IMG/VR virus record: IMGVR_UViG_2923360383_000002
From: a virus
Lineage: Duplodnaviria; Heunggongvirae; Uroviricota; Caudoviricetes
DNA: 35,428 nt
Strand: one strand, 5' to 3'
The notes beneath the pieces are model-generated. The model did not search any database. It saw only the letters and a list, made by a program, of their open reading frames with translations, and was not told the origin of the DNA. Position numbers and translations under genes: made by a program. Positions 1-9,452 of the stretch are shown here, one piece after another; the first letter of the stretch is position 1, and the number at the start of each line of letters is the position of its first letter.

Positions 1-288
1 TTAACGGATCAACATCCAGATCAGCAGACACGCCACCACCGGCACAGCAAAATCCATCAGGCTTGCCACATCCCATGCACGTGGATCAAAACCGCCCCAC
101 CACGGCATGTTAATCCGCTTGCCATGCCCGAACATTTCAATCCAGCGATATTCTGCCTGGGTGTGTTCACGCGCAATGAAGAACGTACAACCGGCTATCG
201 CCCCGTAAGCCCAGTTTCCGGTAAAAAGACCAGCCAGTACCTGCACCGCCACGGCACAAAGCGCATGAAGTATCGACGTGATATCCAT
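1..288 (-). CDS. Hypothetical small membrane protein (95 aa) at the distal end of the tail-fibre cluster
   Basis: Complete ORF with ATG at 288 preceded by AGGA-like RBS; hydrophobic segments in the translation (LHALCAVAVQVLAGLF, VPVVACLLIWMLI). No family recognised. Confidence 0.4.
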   Translation of the reverse strand: MDITSILHALCAVAVQVLAGLFTGNWAYGAIAGCTFFIAREHTQAEYRWIEMFGHGKRINMPWWGGFDPRAWDVASLMDFAVPVVACLLIWMLIR

Positions 289-297
289 CTGCTATCC

Positions 298-576
298 TTA
301 AAACCACTCCCTGAGCGGGTGCTCTGGTGTAACCACCCACTCACGGAACACGGAATCATCAAATCCATCCTCAAGAAGACGGATATTAACAAAGTACCCT
401 TCGTTTCGCGTGTATTCTGGTTCTCCGTCATCAGAAACATCTGTCTCCCTGAACGTAAAACCAATCTCATCAACCAGAACGGCATTCTGCAGCTCTTCGT
501 CCTCTTCCCAGTTAAGTTTCCTGAGAAATGCCCTGAAATCTGCTTTATCACTGAAACGCAACGTGAAATCTCTCAC
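298..576 (-). CDS. Hypothetical acidic protein (92 aa), translationally coupled to stf, in the position normally held by tail fibre assembly protein Tfa
   Basis: Start ATG overlaps the stf stop (ATGA); does not resemble lambda Tfa as I recall it. Confidence 0.5.
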   Translation of the reverse strand: MRDFTLRFSDKADFRAFLRKLNWEEDEELQNAVLVDEIGFTFRETDVSDDGEPEYTRNEGYFVNIRLLEDGFDDSVFREWVVTPEHPLREWF

Positions 577-2636
577 TCCACAACCTCCCCAAGCTGCGCA
601 TCTGTTAGCTCTTTATGCCAGAGACGAAAATTCCTCACATGCCCAAATAAATGGCGTAATCCTGCTGTAGTTTGTCCACCAATGCGAATGGTTGCTGTAC
701 TCCGGATATATTCCCATTTGGTTTTAGTTTCGCTGGATATACGCCCGTTACTTACTGCACATGTAGACTGATCTGACTTTACACGCATCCCCATAACCAT
801 TTTTTTCAACGATGCGTTTTCGTTAACACGTCTATTTGATCCACCAATATCGCAATAAGGAAATCCGTCTGGCCCATCTGCCGAAGATCCGAAGCCAAGA
901 ATAATAGCCGCTCCGGTTTGATGACCGCCGGTATCAAAAACACGTGGCGCTGCATTTGGCGTTTTATACCAGTTCTTATGTACCTCACAAAGAACCGTAA
1001 AAGGAAGATTATAAAGATTATTCTTAATCGGAACTGTAACCATATCGCTTGCGCGCGTCGCCGCCGTCGTTCCTGATATAATAAAAGATGATACACACGA
1101 ACCATCCTCAACCTGAGGGGTGGCCAGATAAATATAGTCACCAGATTCAACGACACCACCTTTTTTTGGTGCGTATTGTATTGCAGAGGTTATGTAAGTT
1201 TCTTTACTTGCTTGAATCGTTGCCTCTGCAAAAATCCAGCCCGTAACTTCATCTTTGTTAACTCGTGCAGTGAGCCTGTCGGCAGCTACACCGGTGATTT
1301 CAACCAATAAAGACCGCGTATTAACAATGGCATATCCAAGATTAGATGAAGCGCTGCCATCGAAGGCTTCAAACCTGATCCTTAACAGGAGTTCCAAATC
1401 CGTTTTAAATCTGCACGATGTCGTCACACACTTATTATCGCCTGATACATCGACAGCCCCCGAGGTTGAAACTACTGCCATATTAAGGGTTGTACTTTGC
1501 CCAATTAATGATTCATTACAAACAAACTTTCCATAAGTAAAACCAAAACTATCAGTTCCAACCTCAGCGACATTCATATTTGCAGATTTACCCCAAGAAG
1601 CTGGAGTTGCTGAATTCAACATGTAGTTGGTTCGCTGACCTTCAATCAATAAACCTTCTTTTTCAAATCGTGGCTCATTAATTTCCGCCGTTTTCAGTTC
1701 GCCAGATTTATTGATATATGTTGCCGTTGATGCGCGACTGAAATTAACCTGTTTATCACTGGCAACCTGAACCACATTATCACCAATCTTCACTTTTTTA
1801 TAACCCGGAGAATAGCCCGTAATCATATCCAGCGAATCATTAAAGGGTATCCACACATCCGGCAGCGGCTGTAAAACATATCTGTACGGCTCTGCTGTCT
1901 GGTTTGCGTATTCTCTGGCAGCATCTTCACTTGCTTTTGCTGCCGTCTGGCTTGCTGCCGATGCTTTCGCCGAGTTCGCCGCCGCTGTTTCGCTCACCTT
2001 TGCGTTGGCTTCACTGTCTTTGGCATTCGTCTCACTGGTTTTCGCTGCCGTCTGGCTGGATTTTGCGTTTTTTTCGCTGGCCTTTGTGGCTGTCTCGCTA
2101 TTTTTCGCGTTGGTTTCTGATTTTTTGGCTGCTGTCGCGGAGTTTGCCGATGCAGTCTGCGAGGCCGCTGCCGCCTGTGCGCTGTTAGCTGCATTCGTTT
2201 CTGAGGTTTTCGCCGCGTTCTTCGATGATGCCGCTGCAGTTTCGGATTTCTTTGCTGCCGCTGCGCTCTGTGATGATGCTCCGGCATGACGTGCCACTTC
2301 ATTCACCATCAGCTCAAAACGGCGCAGTGCCTCCGGACGGGCATCATCCTCCGTCATGGCACCGAGAAAATCATTCAGCGTACCTGGTCTGGAACCTTCA
2401 TAGACGGTAATGGTCCCGGCATGTGAAGGTGGAAAACCTTCAACCAGCAGGGTGACGCTGTACTGGCCATACTCAACATCCATGCTGTAACGCCCGGCTT
2501 CATCAGGATTTTCAGAGGCCACCGTGTTCACCAGTACCGTGGTGCTGTTACGCTTTGCCTTCAGTTGAATAGTGCAGTTCTGTATTGGTTTTCCCGCACC
2601 ATCTTTCAGCACACCTGAGATTTTTACTGCTGCCAT
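573..2636 (-). CDS. stf: Side tail fibre protein (Stf-like) with lambda-Stf-type N-terminus, A/S/T/K-rich repeat shaft and a divergent C-terminal domain
   Basis: N-terminus MAAVKISGVLKDGAGKPIQNCTIQLKAKRNSTTV...YSMDVEYGQYSV closely matches lambda Stf; likely start is ATG at 2636 with GGAG RBS (the track start at 2642 is a GTG). Confidence 0.85.
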   Translation of the reverse strand: MAAVKISGVLKDGAGKPIQNCTIQLKAKRNSTTVLVNTVASENPDEAGRYSMDVEYGQYSVTLLVEGFPPSHAGTITVYEGSRPGTLNDFLGAMTEDDARPEALRRFELMVNEVARHAGASSQSAAAAKKSETAAASSKNAAKTSETNAANSAQAAAASQTASANSATAAKKSETNAKNSETATKASEKNAKSSQTAAKTSETNAKDSEANAKVSETAAANSAKASAASQTAAKASEDAAREYANQTAEPYRYVLQPLPDVWIPFNDSLDMITGYSPGYKKVKIGDNVVQVASDKQVNFSRASTATYINKSGELKTAEINEPRFEKEGLLIEGQRTNYMLNSATPASWGKSANMNVAEVGTDSFGFTYGKFVCNESLIGQSTTLNMAVVSTSGAVDVSGDNKCVTTSCRFKTDLELLLRIRFEAFDGSASSNLGYAIVNTRSLLVEITGVAADRLTARVNKDEVTGWIFAEATIQASKETYITSAIQYAPKKGGVVESGDYIYLATPQVEDGSCVSSFIISGTTAATRASDMVTVPIKNNLYNLPFTVLCEVHKNWYKTPNAAPRVFDTGGHQTGAAIILGFGSSADGPDGFPYCDIGGSNRRVNENASLKKMVMGMRVKSDQSTCAVSNGRISSETKTKWEYIRSTATIRIGGQTTAGLRHLFGHVRNFRLWHKELTDAQLGEVVE
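1900..2290. repeat. Imperfect tandem low-complexity repeats inside stf (encode AAKTSETNAKNSETA-type shaft)
   Basis: Reiterated gctgccg/ttttcgc-type nucleotide units; all three overlapping track ORFs here show repetitive translations. Confidence 0.6.
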
Positions 2637-2647
2637 ATCCACTCCAC

Positions 2648-2673
2648 AAAAAAGCCCGCCTGAACCGGCGGGC
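2648..2673 (-). terminator. Intrinsic terminator between lom and stf
   Basis: On the minus strand, hairpin GCCCGCC-ggttca-GGCGGGC followed by TTTTTT. Confidence 0.6.
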
Positions 2674-2700
2674 TGTCATAACACTGTGTTACCTGGCTAA

Positions 2701-3300
2701 TCAGAATTTATAACCGACACCCACGATGAAACCGTCAGTGCGCCAGTCGCCACTGCCGGAGCCTTCATAAGCAATATCAATGGCCACGGATTCGGTCGGG
2801 TTAAACTGCACGCCAGCCCCCCACGCCAGAGAGGTATTGCTGTGGCGACCGTCATCACTTCCGGTCAGCACATCGTGCGTATCCCCCTTGTTGTCGGTCA
2901 CCTGAAGATAATCCCCGGAAAAAGTCGACACACGGCTGTAAGTCACACCCGCGATCGCATACGCGCTGAACCATTCATTCACGCGCACAGATGGCCCCGC
3001 CATCACGCTGAACCAGCGGTTACGCACAGAATCCTCATGCCAGCGGGTATCGCTGTAGTGCGTTTTTTTCTCATCTTCAGCATTGGCATAACTGAAGGAC
3101 GTAATCAGCCCCAGTGTGTCCGTAAACTCATAACGGTATTTCACGTTAATCCCGTTCAGATTATCGCTGCCGGGAGCGTTCGTACGGGCATGAAGATACC
3201 CTGCGCTCAGTGTGGACTGATGTTCAGACGCCCATGCAGGCGCACCGGATACGGACAGACAGATGGCTGCGGACAAAATGGCTGCACAAACTTTACGCAT
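2701..3300 (-). CDS. lom: Outer membrane protein Lom (Ail/Lom family)
   Basis: Translation has signal peptide and C-terminus IAYEGSGSGDWRTDGFIVGVGYKF matching lambda Lom; position between J and stf as in lambda. Confidence 0.9.
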   Translation of the reverse strand: MRKVCAAILSAAICLSVSGAPAWASEHQSTLSAGYLHARTNAPGSDNLNGINVKYRYEFTDTLGLITSFSYANAEDEKKTHYSDTRWHEDSVRNRWFSVMAGPSVRVNEWFSAYAIAGVTYSRVSTFSGDYLQVTDNKGDTHDVLTGSDDGRHSNTSLAWGAGVQFNPTESVAIDIAYEGSGSGDWRTDGFIVGVGYKF

Positions 3301-3321
3301 AATTACCTCTCGCTTTTCTGC

Positions 3322-3348
3322 AATAAAAAAGGCGCCATTTCTGGCGCC
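3322..3348 (-). terminator. Intrinsic terminator between J and lom
   Basis: On the minus strand, hairpin GGCGCCA-gaaa-TGGCGCC followed by TTTTTTATT. Confidence 0.6.
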
Positions 3349-3367
3349 CGTATTGGGGTTATAAAAT

Positions 3368-6300
3368 TCAGCTAATCGTGATGCCTGCAGTGGCTTTCTT
3401 CATCACAACAACCAGCAAATCGCTGATACTTGCTGTGGGATACCAGCCATTTACCCACCATGCTGATACAGAAAACTCCAGCGTCATGTGGCCGCGACCA
3501 GCAGGCATATCAATAACACCACTGTAAACCAGCGTATTATCCATCGCGGTACGGTTATAAATTTCAGCACCGTTTTTCTTCACTATCAGGCGGCATGACG
3601 AATAAGTATCGCTGTTCTCCCGCTCATGTCTGGCACCGCTGAAAGCCACCGCCGGAATAACAATCTGCCGGTTAAACGGCTGATCGTCATAAACCCTGAC
3701 GGTAATGGTTCCTGATGGCCAACGCTCCGGTGCACGGGAGTCACGGGGGAAAGCCTTACCCACTGTTTTAACGAGATCGCCTTCAATCTGGTTTGCAGAC
3801 AGTTTCCCTCTGATGACACAGTTCTCGTTAATGGTGACATTATTGAGCGTGCCGGTATTCGCCGTGATGGCTCCACTGATATCCGCATTGCGGGCTGTCA
3901 GCCTGCCATCCGGCGTCAGGGAAAACGTCGGAGGATTGCCGGATGACGTGATGCTCACCGCAAACAGTCGCTTCAGGAACACGTCGTTCATGAACAGCTG
4001 ATTCCCCTGCGCCACAAACAGCGGCGTGGTGTTGCCGTTCTCCGGGGTAATCATCGCGATACGGTCCGCCTGCAGCAGAATACTGCTCAGGGTCTGACCA
4101 TCAACATCCTCAATCCCCGCGCCAATCCCGGCCACATAGGGAATACCGTTTTTTGTTTTCTGCACCTTCAGCATATACATGGCATTCAGCTCATTGCGCG
4201 TGTCTGACTGAACCCGCTGGATTTGCTGTATGGTCACGGCCTGGTCACCCAGCTTTTTATCCGTGGTCGAGGTAATTTCACTCCCTTTTTTATCCACGTA
4301 CTGGCGGACCTGTGCTATCTGTCGGGCGTTTTCTGACTGCCCCTGGCTGACAGTCTGTGAGATTTCACTGCTCACCCGGTCCACTTTCTGGCTCACCTGC
4401 GCGATGGCCAGTGTCTGGTCCTCATTCTTTTTCGCAACCAGCTGCGTGAGGCTGTTTTCCGCCTTCCCGATTTTCCGGGTCACTTCTGCGATATCCGTGT
4501 CCATCCGCTGACGGATGTCTTCTTCCAGTTGCGTGACCTCCGTACGCAGCGCTGAAGCATCAATGCGCTCTTTCAGTGCCTGGCCCAGAAGCGTCTCATC
4601 TATCAGCCCCCGGAAAATTTCCAGATACCCTTCACCATCATTGCTGGGCTGCCCGCTGGCTTCCACAAAAGCAGATTTTCCCACCAGGTTGACGCTTCGC
4701 ACGTAAAACCAGAAATCCGTCCCCGGCTTAATCCGGCTCCCCTGGACAGTCCACTGACTGCCGGTCCCCAGATAACGGGCAGATTTTTCCACCTGTGCCG
4801 TGTTCGTGATGCGTTTTTCTGAGAACCAGAATTCAAACTGTACCGTCGGGTCATACACCGCAAGACGCGGGACCGCCGTTATCTGAAAATACCCCGGCGT
4901 CAGCTCAATCCGAGACGGCGCTGCCGGTGCGGCAATCCGGAACGATACCGATGCCGGATCGCCCTGCTGCCCCCACGCATTTACTGCCCGGACTGTCAGC
5001 GTGTACCGCCCCAGCGCCAGTTGCGTGAAGCGGTATGTGGTTTCCGTCGTCCGGGCCGTGCTGACCAGCCGCTCACTGCCGTCATCCGCTGCCACGGTCA
5101 GGCGAAGCATAAAGCTCACGCCCTTCACCACCTTCGGCGTGTCCCAGCGCGCCAGCACCTGATATTCCCCGCTGTCTGCGGTAACTTCGGCGGTCAGGTG
5201 CTGCACCGCTGGCGGCGTGACACCATTCACCGTGCCGCTCTGGTCGCCGTCAAAGTGCGCCCCGTTATCCACGATGGCCTCTTTTGCCGGTACATGCTGT
5301 ACGGCGGTGATGGCATACGTACCGTCGTCATTCTCACGGATACTCACACAGCGGAACAGGCGCTGGCGCAGCGTCGGCAGCTTCAGCCCCCACACGCTGT
5401 ATCCGGCAACGCCGTCAGGAACACGGCTCACTTTCACCTTCACACCGTCGGTGACGGACTGGACCTCCACGCTCACCGGATTACCCTGCCCGTCAACCAG
5501 GCTTATCAGAGTGGTGCCGGAGGATGGCAGCGTGATTTCACGGTCGAGCGTCAGCGTCCGGGTCTGGCTGTTTACCGCCAGCACGCGCCCGCCGGTGCTG
5601 ATACCGGCATAGTCATCATCGCAGATTTCAATGACATCGCCCGGTACATGGCGAAGCCCTTCGGCACCCACGCTGAAGTCCACGGTCTGCGTTTCCAGCA
5701 GTTCCGTTTTAATCAGCCACAGCCCGGCGCGGTGCGCCTGCCCCCGGCTGGTACAGCCAAAGGCATCCATCTTCGTGACGTTACGACCGTAACGGGCAAT
5801 GGCCTGCGTATCTTCAACAAGCTCTGTCGCCGTCTCCCAGCCGTTATCCGGGTCAATCCAGTTCACCTCAACGGCATTATGGCGGTCCTTCAGGGCGCTG
5901 AAGCTGTAGCGGAACGGCGCGCCATCATCCGGCATCACCACATTACTGCGGTTATAGGTCCACACCTTATCCGACGGTCGGTCCTGCACGAACGTCAGCG
6001 TCTGCCCGTTCCATACCGGCATACAACGCATCGCCGAGCAGAAATCACTGAGAACATCCCACGCCTTACGCTGTGTGGTCAGCCAGGCATTACAGGTGAT
6101 GCGCGGCTCCGTGCCACCAAAGCCATCCGGCACCGACTGGTCGCAATACTGGCCGATGACATACAGCGCCCATTTATCCACATCCGCCGCACCAAGACGT
6201 TTCCCCATGCCGTAGCGCGGATGGGTCAGCATATCCCACAGACACCAGGCCATGTTGTTGCTGTATGCTGGCTTAAACGTTCCGTCCCAGATACCGCTGT

Positions 6301-7066
6301 ATTGCCGCGTCTGCGGGTTATAATTCGACGGCACCTGCAGAATACGCCCGCGAAGATGATAATTACGGCTCACCTGCTGGCTGCCGAACTGTTCCGAGTC
6401 CACCTGTACGCCGACCAGTGCCGTGTTCGGGTAGCACTGTTTCACATCGATGATTTCAGTGTATGACGACCAGAGCGTTTTGTTCTGCAGCTGGTCTGTG
6501 GTGCTGTCCGGCGTCATCCTGCGCATCCGGATGTTGAACGGGCGCGGCGGCAGGTTACCCACCACCACCGAGGCCAGATACTGCGAGGTGGTTTTGCCCT
6601 TAATGGTGATGTCTTTTTCCGTCACCCAGCCACCGTTACGCTGTATCTGAACCAGCAGGCGGACTTCCGACGGATTCCGGTCCCCCTTTGAGGTGGTTTC
6701 CACCAGTGCCTGCACACCGAAGGTAAAGCGCAGACGGTCAATGTTTGCCGACGTGATGGTCCGGGTGATCGGCGTGTCATATTTCACTTCCGTACCCAGC
6801 ACCGTCTCGGAGCCGGAGGATTCAAATCCCTCCGGCGGAGTCTGCTCCTGCTCACCTGCCCGGAACACCACCGTTACGCCGGAGATGTTGGTATTCCCCT
6901 CACTGTCCAGCACCGGTGTACTGTTCAGCAGCACGCTTTTTAAGCCATCCACCGGACCTTCAACCGGCCCTTCACTGATGGCATCGATCACACTCAGCAA
7001 CTGCGTGGACTTCAGATTGTCCTTCGCTTCGCGCGGGGTATGCCCCTTACTGCTGCCTTTACCCAT
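3368..7066 (-). CDS. J: Host specificity / tail tip protein J
   Basis: 1232-aa translation nearly colinear with lambda gpJ from [17 protein letters not shown] onward. Confidence 0.95.
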   Translation of the reverse strand: MGKGSSKGHTPREAKDNLKSTQLLSVIDAISEGPVEGPVDGLKSVLLNSTPVLDSEGNTNISGVTVVFRAGEQEQTPPEGFESSGSETVLGTEVKYDTPITRTITSANIDRLRFTFGVQALVETTSKGDRNPSEVRLLVQIQRNGGWVTEKDITIKGKTTSQYLASVVVGNLPPRPFNIRMRRMTPDSTTDQLQNKTLWSSYTEIIDVKQCYPNTALVGVQVDSEQFGSQQVSRNYHLRGRILQVPSNYNPQTRQYSGIWDGTFKPAYSNNMAWCLWDMLTHPRYGMGKRLGAADVDKWALYVIGQYCDQSVPDGFGGTEPRITCNAWLTTQRKAWDVLSDFCSAMRCMPVWNGQTLTFVQDRPSDKVWTYNRSNVVMPDDGAPFRYSFSALKDRHNAVEVNWIDPDNGWETATELVEDTQAIARYGRNVTKMDAFGCTSRGQAHRAGLWLIKTELLETQTVDFSVGAEGLRHVPGDVIEICDDDYAGISTGGRVLAVNSQTRTLTLDREITLPSSGTTLISLVDGQGNPVSVEVQSVTDGVKVKVSRVPDGVAGYSVWGLKLPTLRQRLFRCVSIRENDDGTYAITAVQHVPAKEAIVDNGAHFDGDQSGTVNGVTPPAVQHLTAEVTADSGEYQVLARWDTPKVVKGVSFMLRLTVAADDGSERLVSTARTTETTYRFTQLALGRYTLTVRAVNAWGQQGDPASVSFRIAAPAAPSRIELTPGYFQITAVPRLAVYDPTVQFEFWFSEKRITNTAQVEKSARYLGTGSQWTVQGSRIKPGTDFWFYVRSVNLVGKSAFVEASGQPSNDGEGYLEIFRGLIDETLLGQALKERIDASALRTEVTQLEEDIRQRMDTDIAEVTRKIGKAENSLTQLVAKKNEDQTLAIAQVSQKVDRVSSEISQTVSQGQSENARQIAQVRQYVDKKGSEITSTTDKKLGDQAVTIQQIQRVQSDTRNELNAMYMLKVQKTKNGIPYVAGIGAGIEDVDGQTLSSILLQADRIAMITPENGNTTPLFVAQGNQLFMNDVFLKRLFAVSITSSGNPPTFSLTPDGRLTARNADISGAITANTGTLNNVTINENCVIRGKLSANQIEGDLVKTVGKAFPRDSRAPERWPSGTITVRVYDDQPFNRQIVIPAVAFSGARHERENSDTYSSCRLIVKKNGAEIYNRTAMDNTLVYSGVIDMPAGRGHMTLEFSVSAWWVNGWYPTASISDLLVVVMKKATAGITIS

Positions 7067-7126
7067 TCGTCATGCTCCATAAACGACAAAACCGCCCGGA
7101 GGCGGTTTCACATAAAATATTTTGCA

Positions 7127-7774
7127 TCATCGACCAATCATCACAACCTGACCACCATCCCCTTCGTCTGCCGTGCTGATCTCCTGAGATACCACGCGTG
7201 ACCCCACGCGCATTTCACCGTACAGAACGGGCAGAACATTCCCCTGGGCAACCATGTTATCCAGTGAGGAGAAATACGTGTTCTGTTTGCCGTTATCCGT
7301 TGTCTGTGTGCGGGGAGTTCTGGCTTTCGGTGCCAGCATCTGCGCCACACCGCCCAGGATCATACTGGCCCCTGCCGCATACATACCCGATACAGCCGCG
7401 GCACCCAGCCAGCCCACAGGGTTCCACCATGCCACCGCAATCAGCGCAGCCCCCAGCACTGCCTGAAAAACACCGCCACTTTTGGCACCCGCCAGACGCG
7501 GTACGATGTGGATCACGGCACCATTTGCCAGCGGCTCATTAAGACGGGCAGATAATTCGTTTTCGCCTGCATCACGCCCGGCAATGCGCACCTGATACCA
7601 GCCCTCATTCAGTTTCTGACGAAACGCCGGGAGCTGCGTGGCCAGCGCCCGGATAGCTTCGGCTCCCGTTTTCACACGAAGGTCGATGCGGTGGCCAAAT
7701 CGTTGCAAATCCCCGTAAAGGCAGATGCGTGCCATGCCCGGTGACGCCAGAGGGAGTGTGTGCGTCGCTGCCAT
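7127..7774 (-). CDS. I: Tail assembly protein I
   Basis: MAATHTLPLASPGMARICLYGDLQRFG...SQEISTADEGDGGQVV matches lambda gpI. Confidence 0.85.
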   Translation of the reverse strand: MAATHTLPLASPGMARICLYGDLQRFGHRIDLRVKTGAEAIRALATQLPAFRQKLNEGWYQVRIAGRDAGENELSARLNEPLANGAVIHIVPRLAGAKSGGVFQAVLGAALIAVAWWNPVGWLGAAAVSGMYAAGASMILGGVAQMLAPKARTPRTQTTDNGKQNTYFSSLDNMVAQGNVLPVLYGEMRVGSRVVSQEISTADEGDGGQVVMIGR

Positions 7775-8415
7775 TTGTCGGTATACCTCTCTCGTTTGCT
7801 CAGTTGTTCAGGAATATGGTGCAGCAGCTCGCCGTCGCCGCAGTAAATGGCGGCATGATTCGGCACCGATGAACCAAAGCAGCACAGCAGCACATCGCCC
7901 GGTTGTGCTGATGACAACGGCACCTGATACAGCCCTGTGGCCTCCAGATTATCCAGATAGAGATTCTGACCGTGACGCCACCAGTCATCCTCACGATGAA
8001 AATCCGGCATCTCAATCCCCGCCAGATGATAAGCATCCCGGAACAGCGTGTAACAGTCCGTCACCCCGTGCTCAAAGCGCCGCCCGGTAAGATGCGGCAC
8101 ACAGCGGAACTTATGAATCGCCCCCCGGCAGACCAGCCACCACGGCAAATCACTCTGCACCTGCAGCCGCCTGTCAGCCTCACTCAGCCAGGGCAGACCA
8201 CCGGGGTGACTGTGGACCAGCGCCACAATCTCACCCTGCATTTTGGCCTGCAGCCAGTCCTCCGGCGACATCCGGAAATAATCTTCCGGCTCACCGGAGA
8301 TATTCACGCAGGGGAAATATCTTTCCCCCTCCGGCGTTCTCACCACGAAGCCGCACGACTCCGCTGGCGCACATCGCCGGGCATGCGCCAGAATCGCTGA
8401 TTCTGTCTCTGTCAT
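7672..8415 (-). CDS. K: Tail assembly protein K (MPN/JAB plus NlpC/P60-like domains)
   Basis: MTETESAILAHARRCAPAESCGFVV, HSHPGG JAMM-type motif and DCYTL cysteine motif; lambda gpK-like. The ORF overlaps I by 103 nt. Confidence 0.85.
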   Translation of the reverse strand: MTETESAILAHARRCAPAESCGFVVRTPEGERYFPCVNISGEPEDYFRMSPEDWLQAKMQGEIVALVHSHPGGLPWLSEADRRLQVQSDLPWWLVCRGAIHKFRCVPHLTGRRFEHGVTDCYTLFRDAYHLAGIEMPDFHREDDWWRHGQNLYLDNLEATGLYQVPLSSAQPGDVLLCCFGSSVPNHAAIYCGDGELLHHIPEQLSKRERYTDKWQRRTHSLWRHRAWHASAFTGICNDLATASTFV

Positions 8416-8420
8416 GGGAT

Positions 8421-9119
8421 TTACTGCGAAAGTTTGTTAATGGAAAGGAAGCCGCCAAAGTTGCCGACGTTATTGCGAAACTTACAGCCGCTCAGGCATT
8501 TGCTGCATTTATCCTTCGTGATATCGGAAGTCGGCTGATCATATTCATCCGCGACCGCCGGACCGTGATAACCGCACTCATCACCGCGATAGGTCCAGGT
8601 GCAGGTATTAGCCAGCATGATGCGCCCCGGAAAAACGGCACCATCCGTTTCCGTCGGTGTGGACAGTACAAAGGAGGCACTGACCGCACTCAGTTCGCTG
8701 CACTGCTCGATGCGCCAGCGGCTGATCACCTCCTGCTCCGGATCGGCGTCGCTGTTTCCGTTGACGAAGTTCACCGCATCCAGAAAACGGGCGTAAACCT
8801 TACGCCTGACCACCGTTCCGCCGACCAGACTCTGCAGGTCTTCCGCCATCCCGGTGACCATGCCGTACAGATTAGAGACTTTAAGCGTTGGCCTTGCACT
8901 GGCTCCTTTGCCGTTCATCTCAAATCCACTTCCCTGAATGGGATAGGCCTGATACTGCCGCCGCTGCCAGGTGACTGGTTCACCTTTTTCGTTCTGCTCA
9001 TTACAGAAGAAATAACGATCTCCGCCGACCTCTGTCAGATCAATTTCCCAGAGCACGATCAGCGCGGATTGCTCCGTTTTAGTGCACTCATTGAGTGTTT
9101 CCTGCTGTATATCCTGCAT
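8421..9119 (-). CDS. L: Minor tail protein L
   Basis: Near-identical to lambda gpL across the translation (MQDIQQETLNECT...FGGFLSINKLSQ). Confidence 0.95.
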   Translation of the reverse strand: MQDIQQETLNECTKTEQSALIVLWEIDLTEVGGDRYFFCNEQNEKGEPVTWQRRQYQAYPIQGSGFEMNGKGASARPTLKVSNLYGMVTGMAEDLQSLVGGTVVRRKVYARFLDAVNFVNGNSDADPEQEVISRWRIEQCSELSAVSASFVLSTPTETDGAVFPGRIMLANTCTWTYRGDECGYHGPAVADEYDQPTSDITKDKCSKCLSGCKFRNNVGNFGGFLSINKLSQ

Positions 9120-9418
9120 CAGTGAGTGACCTCTTCAAAGGTACAGTTAAAATCGGTATACATGGCATTATCCGAAATGCTCCACTCCCTGCAGACAACC
9201 CGGACAGTCCTGTTGTGTTTTGGCGGACGCCACAAAAAAGCACGAATCCCGGCATGACGGGATAAAAAACTGTCCAGCGCGGCACGGGAATATTCATCTG
9301 TGACACGAAATACCGGTTTAAACGTTTTCAGATCCGCATTCAGACCACCAGCCCGTCTCTGTTCATATCCGTCACCAAACTTTACCGTAATAACTGATGG
9401 CTTTCGTGTCGTCTCCAT
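9119..9418 (-). CDS. M: Minor tail protein M
   Basis: VKFGDGYEQRRAGGLNADLKT and FLWRPP motifs as in lambda gpM; start taken at ATG 9418 with GAGG RBS (track ORF extends to 9505); stop overlaps the L start. Confidence 0.8.
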   Translation of the reverse strand: METTRKPSVITVKFGDGYEQRRAGGLNADLKTFKPVFRVTDEYSRAALDSFLSRHAGIRAFLWRPPKHNRTVRVVCREWSISDNAMYTDFNCTFEEVTH

Positions 9419-9452
9419 CCCCTCACGGGGGATCCAGTTAAAAACTTCAGGC

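Noticed and set aside
124-771. 215-aa plus-strand ORF
   Set aside because: Spans the antisense of two coupled minus-strand genes and the stf 3' end; no RBS and heterogeneous composition.
1904-2410. Several overlapping 60-100-aa ORFs on both strands (1904-2188 +, 1994-2302 -, 2005-2289 +, 2225-2410 +)
   Set aside because: Frame artefacts of the low-complexity repeat region inside stf.
5021-6466. 481-aa plus-strand ORF
   Set aside because: Lies entirely antisense within the J gene, whose minus-strand translation is near-identical to lambda gpJ; Arg/His-rich composition typical of an antisense artefact.
7198-8400. Plus-strand ORFs of 114-142 aa (7198-7542, 7725-8090, 7972-8400)
   Set aside because: Antisense to the I and K genes, which have strong lambda homology.
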